DNA of 53,669 nt from Myxococcales bacterium (GCA_038320275.1 JBBQEB010000005.1:1-53669); one strand, 5' to 3'. Positions 19,798-30,810 are shown, numbered from the stretch's first letter. Notes: generated by a model from the sequence alone, not told the origin. A program made the numbers and translations.

Positions 19798-21458
19798 GCG
19801 AGCTCCACGTCGAAGCCACCCTCCGCCTGCATCGCCTGCCAGCCGCCGGTGACGTTGACCACGTCCAGGCAGCCGCGCTCCCGGAGGATGCGCAGGGCGA
19901 GGTGCGCCCGGAACCCCGACTTGCAGTGGACCGCGATTCGGCGATCGCGCGGCAGGGTCTCCCAGCGCGCCCGCAGATCATCGACCGGGACGTGGACCGC
20001 GCCGCGCAGGTGGCCGGCCGCCCACTCCTTGTCGGTCCGGACATCGAGGACGAGGGGCGGCGCCGCGCTCGCCAGGGCCGCCTGGAGCTCCGCCGCCGTG
20101 ATGAGCGGGCTGAAGCCCGAGAGGTCGTTCTCGCCTACGAAGGCGGCCACGTTCACCGGATCGTTGGCCGAGGAGTAGGGCGGCGCGTAGGCGAGGTCGA
20201 GCTCCGCCAGCTCGTGGAGCGTCATGCGCGACTGCAGCGCCACCGCCAGGACGTCGATCCGCTTCGCGACGCCGGCACGTCCGAAGGCCTGCGCGCCGAG
20301 GAGCCGCGCGGTGGGGCGGTCGTAGACGAGCTTGAGCACGAGCTCCTGCGCCCCGGGGAAGTAGCCAGCGTGATGGTCCTTGTAGACGACCGCGACGCCC
20401 ACCTCGAAGCCGGCCTCGCGCGCGGTGCGCTCGGAGAGACCCGTCATGGCCGCTGTGGCCTCGAACACCTTCACGACGCTCGTGCCCAGCGCGCCGCCGT
20501 AGCGCAGGTCCTGCCCGAGCGCGTTCGACGCGGCGATGCGGCCCTGCCGGTTGGCGGGCCCGGCCAGCGGGATCCGCACCTGGCGCCCAGAGACCCGGTG
20601 CTTCACCTCGACCATGTCGCCCACGGCCAGGATGTCGGGGTCGCTGGTCCGCAGGCGGTCGTCGACTGCGAGCCCACCCGCGGGGCCGAGCTGAAGCCCT
20701 GCCGCCTTCGCCAGCGGGAGCTCGGGGCGCACACCCACCGAGAAGAGCACCAGGTCGGCCGGGATGCGGCGACCGTCGGAGAGCTCGACGGCCCTCGCCG
20801 CGGCGTCCACGGCCGTGACGCCGACGCCGGTCAGCACCCTCACGCCGTTCGCCGCAAGCTCGCGCGCGATGTCGTGGCCGAATTCCCGATCCATGACGGC
20901 CATCACGGACGGGAGCAGCTCCACCACGGTGGTCTCGAGCAGGCGCTTGCGGAACGCCTCGGCCATCTCGAGCCCGATGAAGCCACCGCCCACCACCACC
21001 GCCGTGCGCGGCTTCCTCGCCTCGATGAACCCGTCGAGCCGGTCCATGTCCGGTACGGTCCAGAGCCGGAAGACGTTCTCGGCCGGGACGCCGGGGATGC
21101 CGGGCACGATGGGGTTCCCGCCCTGCGCCAGGATGAGCTTGTCGTATCCCAACCAGAGGTCCTCCTGGCCGCGGCGCACGCGCACCCGCTTGCCGGCACG
21201 GTCGATCTCCCGCGCCTCGGTCTCGACCATCACCTTCACGCGGTAGCGCCGGTCGAAGCTTTCGGGCGTCTGCAGCAGGAGCTTCGTCCGGCTCGCGATG
21301 TCACGCGAGATGAAGTAGGGCAGCCCGCAGTTGGCGTAGGACACGTACGGGCCCCGCTCGACCACGGTGATGTCCACCTGCTCGCTGATGCGCCGTGCCC
21401 GCGCCGCAGCGGTCGCGCCGCCGGCCACCCCGCCGATGATCAACAGCCTCGTCTTCAT
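19794..21458 (-). CDS. CoA-disulfide/persulfide reductase with C-terminal rhodanese (CoADR-RHD/Npsr-like)
   Basis: GGVAGG, SYANC, GGGFIGLE, YAPPYS, rhodanese HCKSGFR. Confidence 0.92.
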   Translation of the reverse strand: MKTRLLIIGGVAGGATAAARARRISEQVDITVVERGPYVSYANCGLPYFISRDIASRTKLLLQTPESFDRRYRVKVMVETEAREIDRAGKRVRVRRGQEDLWLGYDKLILAQGGNPIVPGIPGVPAENVFRLWTVPDMDRLDGFIEARKPRTAVVVGGGFIGLEMAEAFRKRLLETTVVELLPSVMAVMDREFGHDIARELAANGVRVLTGVGVTAVDAAARAVELSDGRRIPADLVLFSVGVRPELPLAKAAGLQLGPAGGLAVDDRLRTSDPDILAVGDMVEVKHRVSGRQVRIPLAGPANRQGRIAASNALGQDLRYGGALGTSVVKVFEATAAMTGLSERTAREAGFEVGVAVVYKDHHAGYFPGAQELVLKLVYDRPTARLLGAQAFGRAGVAKRIDVLAVALQSRMTLHELAELDLAYAPPYSSANDPVNVAAFVGENDLSGFSPLITAAELQAALASAAPPLVLDVRTDKEWAAGHLRGAVHVPVDDLRARWETLPRDRRIAVHCKSGFRAHLALRILRERGCLDVVNVTGGWQAMQAEGGFDVELA

Positions 21459-21616
21459 CCGTTCCCCTCCTCGTAGCCCCTTCCTCGTCAGAGCCGCAGG
21501 GCGAGGAAAGGGTGCGGAGCGCCTCCCCCGGTGACGCAGCACGCCGGACCCGCCCGGGAGCGCGACACGCCCCGGACGTGCCGAGCCTCCGGGACGATGA
21601 CGGACGAGACTTCCTC

Positions 21617-22750
21617 ATGCACAGACCTGCACTCGCGCTCCTCTTCTTGGTGGCGTCCTCTGCGCTGCCCGCCCTCGCCAGCGGTTCCAGCCTGCAGGTC
21701 GAGCGACAGCCCATCGTCGATCGTCGTCAGGGCGGCATGGTCGTGTCGACCGTGGCGGTCCCCAAGGGCTGGAAGCTCACGAGCGACGTCCAGTGGCGCT
21801 ACCAGGACGTGAGCTGGCCGGTGCGCATCCATGCGCGGGTGGAGTCGCCCGACGGCTCCGCGTGGGTGGAGTTCTTTCCCGCCGAGTTTCTCTACTGGCT
21901 GGAGCCCGGCCGCGACCCGCTCCCGGTCGGCGCGCGGGCGCTGGGCATGACCCACGCCCCCGGCTTCGGCATCGATGCCGCCATGAAGAGCTTCGTCATC
22001 CGGCCGAACCGAGGAAGAGCCCCCGGGCTCCGCATCGTGAGCTCCCGAACGATTCACGGCCTGGCGGAGGCCTTTCACCAGAAGTCCAGTCCGGGAGACG
22101 AGCGCGCCTATCGCCTCACCTACCAGCTTCGCGGGAAGCCGGTGGAGGAGGACCTCTTCGGCATGCTGGGAGCGCCCGCTCGCATCCCGTACACGGGCCC
22201 GCAGGGCACGACCTACGAGGTGCACCGCGGCCTCTACTACGTGCACTCCATGGGCGCGATGAACGGTCAGCTCGCCAGCGTGCGCCCGCTCCTCGCCTTC
22301 ATCGCGGGCTCGGTCACCGTGGATCCGGCCTGGCAAAAGCGGCGCGAGCAGGTGGTCGCCCAGCTCGCCGAGCAGTTCAACCGGGCGTTGCAGGCCGGCT
22401 ATGCGCAGATCGCGGCGGCCGGGGCCGCGAGCAAGGCCATCAGCGCCCAGAACGATGCCATGCTCTCCTCCATGAGCTCGCAGCGGCAAGTGCAGGCCCA
22501 GCGCGAGGCGGTGAAGCGCGCCACGGCGAACGCCTCCCCCCGCGGCGGGGACGAGTTCGACGGCTACATCCGCGGCACGACCAAGATGAAGGATCCGTAC
22601 TGGGGCGAATCCGAGCAGTCGAGCAACGCGTCCTACCACTGGACCGACGGTCAGGGGACCTACCGCAGCTCGAACGACCCCAGCTTCGACCCCAACGTGG
22701 GGGCCGGGGGTGGCGCCAACTGGCAGAGGATGGAGCCAGCTGGAAAATGA
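21617..22750 (+). CDS. Secreted hypothetical protein
   Basis: Signal peptide MHRPALALLFLVASSALPALA; GC3-biased ORF. Confidence 0.75.
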   Translation: MHRPALALLFLVASSALPALASGSSLQVERQPIVDRRQGGMVVSTVAVPKGWKLTSDVQWRYQDVSWPVRIHARVESPDGSAWVEFFPAEFLYWLEPGRDPLPVGARALGMTHAPGFGIDAAMKSFVIRPNRGRAPGLRIVSSRTIHGLAEAFHQKSSPGDERAYRLTYQLRGKPVEEDLFGMLGAPARIPYTGPQGTTYEVHRGLYYVHSMGAMNGQLASVRPLLAFIAGSVTVDPAWQKRREQVVAQLAEQFNRALQAGYAQIAAAGAASKAISAQNDAMLSSMSSQRQVQAQREAVKRATANASPRGGDEFDGYIRGTTKMKDPYWGESEQSSNASYHWTDGQGTYRSSNDPSFDPNVGAGGGANWQRMEPAGK

Positions 22751-22847
22751 CTCCGGCCGGCTTTGCGGGGAGCGCGGCCGCGGAACGCTACTTCGCATTC
22801 TCGTAGCTGCCCGCGGAGATGGGGGCCTCGAGCGAAGCTGCCACCGT

Positions 22848-24659
22848 TCACGCCGCGCGTTTGGACTTTCTCCTCGGACGCCGCGCGGCAGACATGCGCC
22901 GTTGATAGGCGGCGAGCACGTCACTGCGGGTGAGGATGCCCACCAGCGCGCCGTCGTCCCCCACCACGGGGAGGCGGCCGACGTCGGCCTCCAGCATCGC
23001 CTCCACGGCCTCGCGCAGCGTCGCCGCCGGCCCGATGCAGAGCGCCGGCCGCCGGATCAGGGTGCGGACTTGCGCGGATGGGTCCGCCACGGGGTCGAGG
23101 AGGTCTCGGCGGGTCACGACGCCCGTGATCCCGCCATGACGATCGAGCACCGGATACCCCTGGTGCCGCGACCCTGGCGCACCAGAAGCGATGCGGGCAC
23201 GCACGGCCTCGAGCGGCTCGTCGGAGTCGAGCGTGACCACCGGCCAGGAGGCGCGCTTCGCGACGTGCATGCCCTCGAGCACGTCCGCCTCGTACTCGCC
23301 GGGCGCGTGCACGCCCCGTCGAGCGATCTTCTCCGTCATGATCGAGTGGCGCATGAGCCGCGACGAGACGAGCAGCGCCACGGCCGTCCCGGCGAGGAGC
23401 GGCACCATCGCGGCCGGCTGACGCGTCACCTCCAGCGCGAACACGGCTGAGGTGAGCGCCGCGCGGGACGCTCCGGCGAACGTCGCCGACATGCCCACCA
23501 GCGCGGCCAGCCTGGGATCGATGCCGGCCTGGGGAAACAGTGCGGCGAACGCCGCGCCCGCGGCGGCCCCCAGGCCCCCGCCAATGGTGAAGATGGGCGC
23601 GAGCGTACCGCCCGACGTTCCGCTCCCCAGCGAGACCAGCCACGAGGCGAGCTTCCAGAGCGCGAGGACCGCGGCAGCGCGGCCCACGAGCCCCCCATCG
23701 AGGATGTCCTGAAGATTGTTGTAGCCGACGCCGAGCGTGCGCGGGGCAAAGAGCCCCACCATCCCCACCACCACCGCCCCCAGCGCCGGCCACCACATCC
23801 AGTGAATGGGAAGGCGCTCGAAGGCGTCCTCGATCCAGTACAGCGCGCGGGTGAGCCCGACCGCGAGCACGCCGGCTGCCCCTCCCAGGGCGAGGTAGAA
23901 GAGCGCGGCGAGCGGGACGACCTCGACCGCCAGCTGCATCGAGAACATCGGACCCGACGCACCCAGCGTCGTCCGCAGCACCACCGCCGTCGCCGCCGCC
24001 AGTGCCACCGGCAAGAACGATCTCGCCCGGAACTCGAACAGCAGCAGCTCGATGGCGAGGAGCACGGCCGCGAGCGGGGTGCCGAAGGTGGCAGCCATGC
24101 CCGCCGAGGCCCCGGCCGCGAGGAGCACCTTTCGCTCGTCGGCGCTGGTGTGCAGCACCTGGCCCAGGAGCGAGCCCAGTGCGCCGCCGGTCGCGATGAT
24201 CGGTCCCTCCGCTCCGAACGGGCCGCCCGTGCCGATGGAGATGGCGGCGGAGAGCGGCTTGAGGAACGTGAGGCGGGCGGGGATGCGGCTCTCGTTGACG
24301 AGCACCTGCTCCATCGCCTCGGGGATGCCGTGGCCCCGGATGGCAGGGGAGCCGTAGCGCGCCAGGAGGCCGACGAGGAGCCCTCCGATCACCGGCACCA
24401 CTGCGGCGGCGAGCCCGAGATGATTGTCCGCGGGAGACGAGGGAGCGAGCGAAAGACGGCCGTGCCATGCGAGCTGGGTCGTGACGTCGATGAGCCGTAT
24501 GAGGAGTTGCGCAGCTCCCGTGGCGGCCGCCGCCAGCACCATGGAGAGCAAACAGATCAAGGGCGTGCGCGAATCGAGCCCTGCCCGTACGGATGCCCGG
24601 CCAGTATGGGAGGAGGCGGCGACCGGCGGGCTGGCAGGCGTGCTCACGGCTGGCATCAT
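22848..24659 (-). CDS. ClC chloride channel/antiporter with CBS domains
   Basis: GHGIPE, GAEGP, GGTLAP motifs; C-terminal CBS pair; start approximate. Confidence 0.92.
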   Translation of the reverse strand: MMPAVSTPASPPVAASSHTGRASVRAGLDSRTPLICLLSMVLAAAATGAAQLLIRLIDVTTQLAWHGRLSLAPSSPADNHLGLAAAVVPVIGGLLVGLLARYGSPAIRGHGIPEAMEQVLVNESRIPARLTFLKPLSAAISIGTGGPFGAEGPIIATGGALGSLLGQVLHTSADERKVLLAAGASAGMAATFGTPLAAVLLAIELLLFEFRARSFLPVALAAATAVVLRTTLGASGPMFSMQLAVEVVPLAALFYLALGGAAGVLAVGLTRALYWIEDAFERLPIHWMWWPALGAVVVGMVGLFAPRTLGVGYNNLQDILDGGLVGRAAAVLALWKLASWLVSLGSGTSGGTLAPIFTIGGGLGAAAGAAFAALFPQAGIDPRLAALVGMSATFAGASRAALTSAVFALEVTRQPAAMVPLLAGTAVALLVSSRLMRHSIMTEKIARRGVHAPGEYEADVLEGMHVAKRASWPVVTLDSDEPLEAVRARIASGAPGSRHQGYPVLDRHGGITGVVTRRDLLDPVADPSAQVRTLIRRPALCIGPAATLREAVEAMLEADVGRLPVVGDDGALVGILTRSDVLAAYQRRMSAARRPRRKSKRAA

Positions 24660-24839
24660 GTAGACGCTTGCCGCACCGCGCAATGGTAGCGACCTGACCC
24701 GCCGAGAACGCCCTCAGGCCGGGCACCCGGGCGAAGGTGCGCTCCGCCGAACGGCGCGCGAGGCCGCACGACCTGAGTGGCCGGGGGTCAGCGCGCGACC
24801 CCGAGTCGACGGGCCCGGGGCCGCGTGCGGCAGCGCAAG

Positions 24840-26054
24840 CTACATGCCTGGGAAGGGGAACGGCGTCCCGTCGGAGTAAGAGGTCGGCCACCCCGTGAAG
24901 TCTGCCGAGCCGTCCGTCAGGGTGGGGACCGGCCCGAAGACAGGGTCGCAAGCCTGCGCGGAGGCATCGCCGAGGTGCGTGCTCGACTCACCGGCGAGGG
25001 TGGCGCCGCTGGCGCTCTCCGCCTTCATGAGCCAGAAGCCCTCGCGCTGCGCAGAACCCTCGCCGCTGCCTTCGTGGCAGGTGACGGCCGCGACGTGATC
25101 CACCGGCGACGCGAGCTGTCCACCCATCATGAGCGCGTCGGAGCGGCCGTGCACGGTTCCGTCGGCGACCTTCGTCCAGCGCGAGACGAGCTGCGCGTTG
25201 GCGGCGACGAGCGACGGGTTGGCGGGACAGGCGAAGACCATCTGGTCCTGGAGCTTCAGGCTGCCGCCCTTGCCCGCCTCGCGGAAGTAGACGTACGAGC
25301 CGCTGCGGGGCGCCTCCAGAGCGGCCAGCACCGCGGGCGAATCGAACTTCGAGCCGTCGAGCTCCCACGCGACGTTGGCCGCGGTGACGGTCAGCTTGCG
25401 GGAGCCGGCCCCGCTGTCGAAGGCGACGTCGAGCGTGCCGGTGGTGACCTTCTCGCTGGCGTAGGCGGCGTGCAGCTTGGCGAAGTCGATGTGGACGGTG
25501 CCCTTGCCCTGGTGCGGCCTGGTGGCTCCGGTGCGGTCGATCCGCCCGGTCATGACGGCCGGTAGTGGCGAGGTGCCGGCGACACCGAGATCGAGCTCCC
25601 AGTCGTACACGCCCGCCGAAACGAGCGTCAACGTGAACTTGCGCTCGACGCCGCCGTCCACGTCGTCCCAGGTGCGGGAGGTGGCGGTGGAGCTGAGGGG
25701 GGCCTTGGCGAGGAGCGCCTCGACGTGTCGCAGGGCCTTGTAGATGTGCCGGTTCACCCGCTCCACCACCTCGCGCTGACGCAAGAAGAGGTGCGGGTGG
25801 CAGGCCGAGCCCTGCATGACGACCGCCGTCTGTAGCGCCGCGCTGCGCCCGGGCGCGTCCGCGTCGAGCACGAGCGCCGCGCCGTCGAGGTCGGTGGACT
25901 GCTGATCGAGCGACAGCTCCGCGTAGCTGGGGGTCGCGCTCGCGAATGCCGCGGAGCCACCGCCGCCGGCGTCGACTGCGCCGGGGCCGGAGCTGCCGCC
26001 GCAGGCGACGAGGAAGGCGAGTGGAGCTGCGAAGAGGATGTTGCGCGTTTCCAT
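24840..26054 (-). CDS. Hypothetical lipoprotein
   Basis: GGAGG RBS, lipobox LVAC-GGSS. Confidence 0.8.
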   Translation of the reverse strand: METRNILFAAPLAFLVACGGSSGPGAVDAGGGGSAAFASATPSYAELSLDQQSTDLDGAALVLDADAPGRSAALQTAVVMQGSACHPHLFLRQREVVERVNRHIYKALRHVEALLAKAPLSSTATSRTWDDVDGGVERKFTLTLVSAGVYDWELDLGVAGTSPLPAVMTGRIDRTGATRPHQGKGTVHIDFAKLHAAYASEKVTTGTLDVAFDSGAGSRKLTVTAANVAWELDGSKFDSPAVLAALEAPRSGSYVYFREAGKGGSLKLQDQMVFACPANPSLVAANAQLVSRWTKVADGTVHGRSDALMMGGQLASPVDHVAAVTCHEGSGEGSAQREGFWLMKAESASGATLAGESSTHLGDASAQACDPVFGPVPTLTDGSADFTGWPTSYSDGTPFPFPGM

Positions 26055-26151
26055 GACGAGCCTCCGTGTGTGCGGCCTCGAAAGCTCGAGGGCGCCGTGA
26101 CGGAAGAGGAAACCCGGCGCGCGCGATCCGGTTGCGGTGCGCCGCTGCGGT

Positions 26152-26919
26152 TCAGGAGCGGGCTGGGACCGCGCCAGCCGCCTCGCCGCTGGCGTCCTGT
26201 GCGATGGTGCGCGCGATGCTGTCGCGCACGTCGTCCCGGAGCTTTCGCAGGTCGCGGATTCCGAGGCCGGTGGTGGGCACGGGTGGGAGGATGCGCGCCG
26301 TGAGGTGCGCCGGCCGCACCCAGGGGCTTCCCTTGGGCATGCCCTGCGCCGTGCCGGAGACCGCGATGGGTAGCAAGGGCACGCCGAGCTCCACGGCCAT
26401 CATGAAGGCGCCCGCCTTGAAGGGCAGGAGCGTGCCGTCCTTGCTGCGGGTGCCCTCGGGAAAGAGGATGACGCTCATCCCGTTCTGCAGGTACCACTTG
26501 GCCTTGTTCATCACCTGCATGCCGCTCGCGGTGCTGTCGCGCTCGAGGCAGAGGTCGCCCGCGAGCCGCAGGCCCCAGCCGAACATCGGGATCTTGAACA
26601 GCTCCTGCTTCGCCACCCACTTCATCTCGTGCGGGATGTTGCAAAGCAGGAAGACGTCGAGGAACGACTGGTGGTTCGCGACTACCACGTAGGCCTGCTT
26701 CCCGGGCGGCCACTTCCCCTCGATCCGGATGCGCCAGAACGGGAACACCCGCGACCAGAACACCGGCAGGTAGCGGTAGAAGCGGCCCGCGATCCGCCGG
26801 GTGGGATCGAACGGCAGCGTCACGATCAGCAGCAGCGCCGTGACGGGCGGCCAGACGATGACGGCGATGAGGCTCAGGATGTACGAGAAGGTGGCGACGA
26901 TGGGGACGAGGACGCTCAA
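26152..26919 (-). CDS. plsC: 1-acyl-sn-glycerol-3-phosphate acyltransferase
   Basis: NHQSFLD, FPEGTRS, FKAG motifs. Confidence 0.88.
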   Translation of the reverse strand: MSVLVPIVATFSYILSLIAVIVWPPVTALLLIVTLPFDPTRRIAGRFYRYLPVFWSRVFPFWRIRIEGKWPPGKQAYVVVANHQSFLDVFLLCNIPHEMKWVAKQELFKIPMFGWGLRLAGDLCLERDSTASGMQVMNKAKWYLQNGMSVILFPEGTRSKDGTLLPFKAGAFMMAVELGVPLLPIAVSGTAQGMPKGSPWVRPAHLTARILPPVPTTGLGIRDLRKLRDDVRDSIARTIAQDASGEAAGAVPARS

Positions 26920-26936
26920 GGGCCCTGCAGGATAGC

Positions 26937-28409
26937 TCAGGGTGCTCCTCTTGTCTCCCGCCCGATGGCGCGGATCCCCGCTTCCCCGCCCCGGCCGGCC
27001 ACCGTGGGCTGGAGGGTCGCCCGCGCGGCGGTGAGCAGTTGCATCCGCTCGTAGGAAAGCGCGGACACGGGCCTCTCCAGGCGAGCCAGGCGGCGCTGGA
27101 CGGCGCGCATCCTGCCGAGCTCGGCCCGAAGGGCCGCGAGCGCGCGCCCGCGCCCGCGCCCGCTCTCCGGCGCGGCGTTGTAGGCACGGGCGAGGTCGTC
27201 GAGCGAGGCGTTCACCCTCGCCAGCTCGGCCGCGAGCGCCACGCGCCCAAGCCCGATGCGTGCCGCCGCCCCCGCGAGCGCCTGCGCGACCCGTTCGACC
27301 TGCCCGGCGAGCGGACCGAGCCTGTGGCCCAGCTCCGCGGCGCCCAGGGTGGCCGGTGCCGGGAGCGGCTCGGCGCGGCGAGGGTCGACATAGGCGCCGT
27401 CCCCACCCGCCCTGCGGGCCTTCTCGCCCCGGGTGAGCGCCAGCGCGGAGTGGATCTCACGGGTGGGCGATCGGGCGGGAACGATGGGCGGGAAGGGCGC
27501 GGAGGAGTTCAGGTCGACGACGCGCGTGAAGTGCTCCGCCCAGGAGTGATCCTCTCCGTAGCCGGTGTCGGTGATCCCCACGCTCGTCACCGACCGATCG
27601 GCGAGCTCGGGAAAGCGCGTCAGGAGCCGCTCGATCTTGGCGTGGCTGCTGTTGATGCGAACGGCGCTCGGCCCCGAGATGCGGCGCGGCTTCGGCACGA
27701 GGAAGAGCCGGTCCACCTGATAGGGCGAGCTGTAGGCGCCGCCCGCCTCCTCCGCGCCGGAGGAGACGACGTCCTCGACGCCCAGTGCCCGGGCCGCCAC
27801 CTCCAGCGCCGGCTGCGGGGAAGCGCTCGAGATGACGATGCGGATCCCCGGGCAGCGCTCGCGGAGCCACGCCAGGTCCTCGCGCTCGACCACCTGATCG
27901 GCTGCGTGGCGGTCCCAGACCTGCTGCGCGAGCGTACGCAGGGTCGCGACCGGCACCTGCGCCATGTGGTGCATCAGCGCGAGCTGCGGGATGCGCTGCA
28001 CCGCCGCCACCGGGTCCGGTCCGAAGCGCCGGTAGACTCCGCGCCGCGTGCTGGCGAGAAGCGACGGGAGCTTGCCCCAGAGGAAATAGAAGAGCCCCGG
28101 GTAGCCCCACATCCTCGCCGTGGTGGCGAGATACCGCACCGCGCGGGACGGGCGCGACCGGTCGAGGAAGAAGCGGCCCGGTGGCCTGGCAGCGATGGCG
28201 GGGAGATGCTCGGGGCCGTAGCCCTGGTACGCGCACAGCTCCCAGCCGAGGAGCTCGCCCATGTTGCGGGCGAGGTGCATGGTGCGGTCGAGGTCGAGCA
28301 CGAGGAGGCGCGTCGACTCGGGGACGGCACGCGCGCAGAGCTCGCGGAACGAAATGGGCGGCCCGTGGATGACGAGCCGATCGACGAGTCTCGTGAGCGG
28401 TGCGTTCAC
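26937..28409 (-). CDS. HAD-superfamily hydrolase with C-terminal coiled coil
   Basis: LDLDRT motif I, ISSAS motif II, K and DTGYGED; directly upstream of plsC. Confidence 0.7.
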   Translation of the reverse strand: MNAPLTRLVDRLVIHGPPISFRELCARAVPESTRLLVLDLDRTMHLARNMGELLGWELCAYQGYGPEHLPAIAARPPGRFFLDRSRPSRAVRYLATTARMWGYPGLFYFLWGKLPSLLASTRRGVYRRFGPDPVAAVQRIPQLALMHHMAQVPVATLRTLAQQVWDRHAADQVVEREDLAWLRERCPGIRIVISSASPQPALEVAARALGVEDVVSSGAEEAGGAYSSPYQVDRLFLVPKPRRISGPSAVRINSSHAKIERLLTRFPELADRSVTSVGITDTGYGEDHSWAEHFTRVVDLNSSAPFPPIVPARSPTREIHSALALTRGEKARRAGGDGAYVDPRRAEPLPAPATLGAAELGHRLGPLAGQVERVAQALAGAAARIGLGRVALAAELARVNASLDDLARAYNAAPESGRGRGRALAALRAELGRMRAVQRRLARLERPVSALSYERMQLLTAARATLQPTVAGRGGEAGIRAIGRETRGAP

Positions 28410-28699
28410 GTTCCCGTGCTAACCCGCGCCGGCACTGGGCGCCGTGCCGGGCGGCGGCGGCGGGAGGCGCGTCACGGGTGGGAGTCACGGTCGAGCCCCC
28501 GCCGGGCACCCAGCCGGCGGAGCAGGCGGTAGGCCACCGAGCTGGCAACCCGGAACCGAGCAGAATGCCGAGGGCGGTGAGCCGCGCGGAATGAAGCGTC
28601 AGGCATCCATCATCCTTGTGCCAGACCCTGTTCGACCTCGCGCTCGTCCACGGCGGCGTGCAGTACCGCGAAGCCCCGCCCGTGGACAGGTTCACGACC

Positions 28700-29131
28700 A
28701 TGCGAGGCGCGGACGCTCTACCCGGATTGCGAATCCTGGTGGTGGAGGACGACGGAGCAGTCCTGGAGCTTCTCGAGGAGACGTTCGAGCTCGACGGGCT
28801 CGAGGTCTCGACCGCCTCATCGGGCGACCAGGCCCTCCGGAAGCTCGAGGCCGGCCCGCTGCCCGACATGGTGGTGCTGGACATGAACATGCCAGGCATT
28901 CACGGTACCGAGGTGCTCCGGCGCATGAAGTCGGACCCTCGCTGGGCCGACATCCCGGTGGCGGCGATCAGTGGAAGCGAGCGGGCCGAGTTCCGCCTGG
29001 CCGCCGAGCCGGACGCCTTCCTCTCCAAGCCCTTCGACATGGAGGCGCTGACGGACACGCTCGCCCGCCTGCATCGAGCTCGAGAGGAGCGGCGGCCCCT
29101 GCAACTGACGGACGCGATCACGAGCCCTTGA
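28700..29131 (+). CDS. Single-domain response regulator (receiver)
   Basis: LVVEDD, LDMNMP, ISG, KPF. Confidence 0.9.
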   Translation: MRGADALPGLRILVVEDDGAVLELLEETFELDGLEVSTASSGDQALRKLEAGPLPDMVVLDMNMPGIHGTEVLRRMKSDPRWADIPVAAISGSERAEFRLAAEPDAFLSKPFDMEALTDTLARLHRAREERRPLQLTDAITSP

Positions 29132-29225
29132 GGGGGCCTCACTCCGCTTCCGTCGGCGCGCCTCCTCCGGCGGGGTGTAGATCGTCCGCGCCAACCTTCA
29201 CCTTTCTCTCCAGGAGCGGAACGCC

Positions 29226-29885
29226 ATGCGCAGGATGATGCTGTGTGCAGCCCTCGCGGCCGTCGCGTGCGGTAGTGACTCCACGAAGAGCGCCGGCGGG
29301 GTGACGGGCACCATCTCCGGCAAGAGCTTCACGCCGGTGGAGACGGTCGCCTTCAACGCGGGCCCCGCATCCTGCTCGTTCGCGGGGACGACCCTCAGCA
29401 TCTCGGCGCTCGGGCTCGCCTTCAGCCCGCAGAGCGGCTCGTGCGGGCTGTTCACGACCGGCGCCTGCAACGTGAAGGCCGGCTCCAGCGCGGCGCTCCT
29501 GTTCGTGGCGAACGTCAGCGGCAAGCCGGTCGGAACGGGCACCTATGACGTCGTGGCGTCCCCCGAGGCTCTCATCGGGAAGGTCTTGCCCAGCGGTACC
29601 GCCGCCATCGGCACCTCGGAGACGTTCCCCTCCAGCACCGGCGCGTGCACCGCCGCGGCACACGGGGCCGTGGGCTCGGTCACCATCACCTCCATCGATG
29701 CGAGCCGGGTGAAGGGCCATGTCGACGTGACGCTCGGAGAGGGCGCGGGCTCGGTGAAGGGCGATTTCGACGCGAGCCTCTGCGCTGCTCCCGAGCTCTG
29801 CAGCCTCATCGTCGGCTACGTGGGCACCGCGGGAAACGGCGTGGCGAGCTCCCCGGTGTGCGGCGGCGGCTTCACCTGCCAGTGA
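29226..29885 (+). CDS. Cys-rich lipoprotein, hypothetical
   Basis: AGGAG RBS, lipobox VAC-GSD, multiple Cys. Confidence 0.75.
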   Translation: MRRMMLCAALAAVACGSDSTKSAGGVTGTISGKSFTPVETVAFNAGPASCSFAGTTLSISALGLAFSPQSGSCGLFTTGACNVKAGSSAALLFVANVSGKPVGTGTYDVVASPEALIGKVLPSGTAAIGTSETFPSSTGACTAAAHGAVGSVTITSIDASRVKGHVDVTLGEGAGSVKGDFDASLCAAPELCSLIVGYVGTAGNGVASSPVCGGGFTCQ

Positions 29886-29913
29886 CAGGAGGTCTACAGG
29901 GCCACGGCGCCGA

Positions 29914-30810
29914 TCACAGCAGCCGCTGCTGCGCCTCGGGGCTCCGGGCGTCCGCCCGGGCGTGCCCCGCCAGGACATCCGGGTAGCGCGCCAGCACTTC
30001 CGGAGGGACGGCCACCTCCTCGCCCGACACCATCGACGCCAGCATGGCCGCGTTGGCGACGGCCTTGCCCTGAAAGTGGTTGTTCGTCACGACGTACACG
30101 TCTTCCACCCGCGGCGTGTCCGCCAGCGTCCGCGTCCGCTCCGCCCACGGCCGGAGCTCCGCCGCCGTGTAGAGGTAGTCGTACCTCGCGTCGCGCCCGG
30201 CACCCTGGCGAAACCAGTCCTTGTAGTTGCGGCCGTGGACGCGGACGTATCCCACCGGCGACGTCGCCACCGCCCCCGGCGCGATGGAGTGCTGGAAGAG
30301 CGGCTGATCGAGGTTCACGAACCCGACTCCGCGGTCCATCAGCTCGCGGTACGTATCCGGCACGTTCCACGACGCGTGGCGCACCTCCAGCACGAGCGGC
30401 AGGCCGCGAAACGCGCCGAAGAGGTCCCGCAGCCACTCCAGCGCGGGCTCGTCCCTCCGGAACGACCAGGGGAACTGCAGCAGCACCGCTCCCAGCCGCC
30501 CTTCCGACGCCAGGGCGTCGAGGGCTTCGCGCGCAGACTTCACCTCGCCAGCGCCGTAGGCGCCGCGATCGTGCGTGAATCGCTGCCACAGCTTGGCGGT
30601 GAACTTGAAGCGGGGGTTGCCCTGGGTCCGGCTGCACCAGGATCGCGCCACCTCCGCGCGCTGCGGCCGGTAGAAGGTGGAGTTCACCTCCACCGCGTCG
30701 AAGAACCCGGCCAGGTACGCCAGCGGGTCGAAGCCGCGGGGCGGCTTCCTCGGGTACACGGCGCCCCGCCAGTCGGGATAGTCCCAGCCGGCGGGGCCGA
30801 AGCGGATCAC
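29914..30810 (-). CDS. DUF72 (YecE-like) protein
   Basis: GWDYPDW, VEVNSTFY, LLQFP, YVRVHGR, YDYLY, NNH. Confidence 0.92.
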   Translation of the reverse strand: MIRFGPAGWDYPDWRGAVYPRKPPRGFDPLAYLAGFFDAVEVNSTFYRPQRAEVARSWCSRTQGNPRFKFTAKLWQRFTHDRGAYGAGEVKSAREALDALASEGRLGAVLLQFPWSFRRDEPALEWLRDLFGAFRGLPLVLEVRHASWNVPDTYRELMDRGVGFVNLDQPLFQHSIAPGAVATSPVGYVRVHGRNYKDWFRQGAGRDARYDYLYTAAELRPWAERTRTLADTPRVEDVYVVTNNHFQGKAVANAAMLASMVSGEEVAVPPEVLARYPDVLAGHARADARSPEAQQRLL

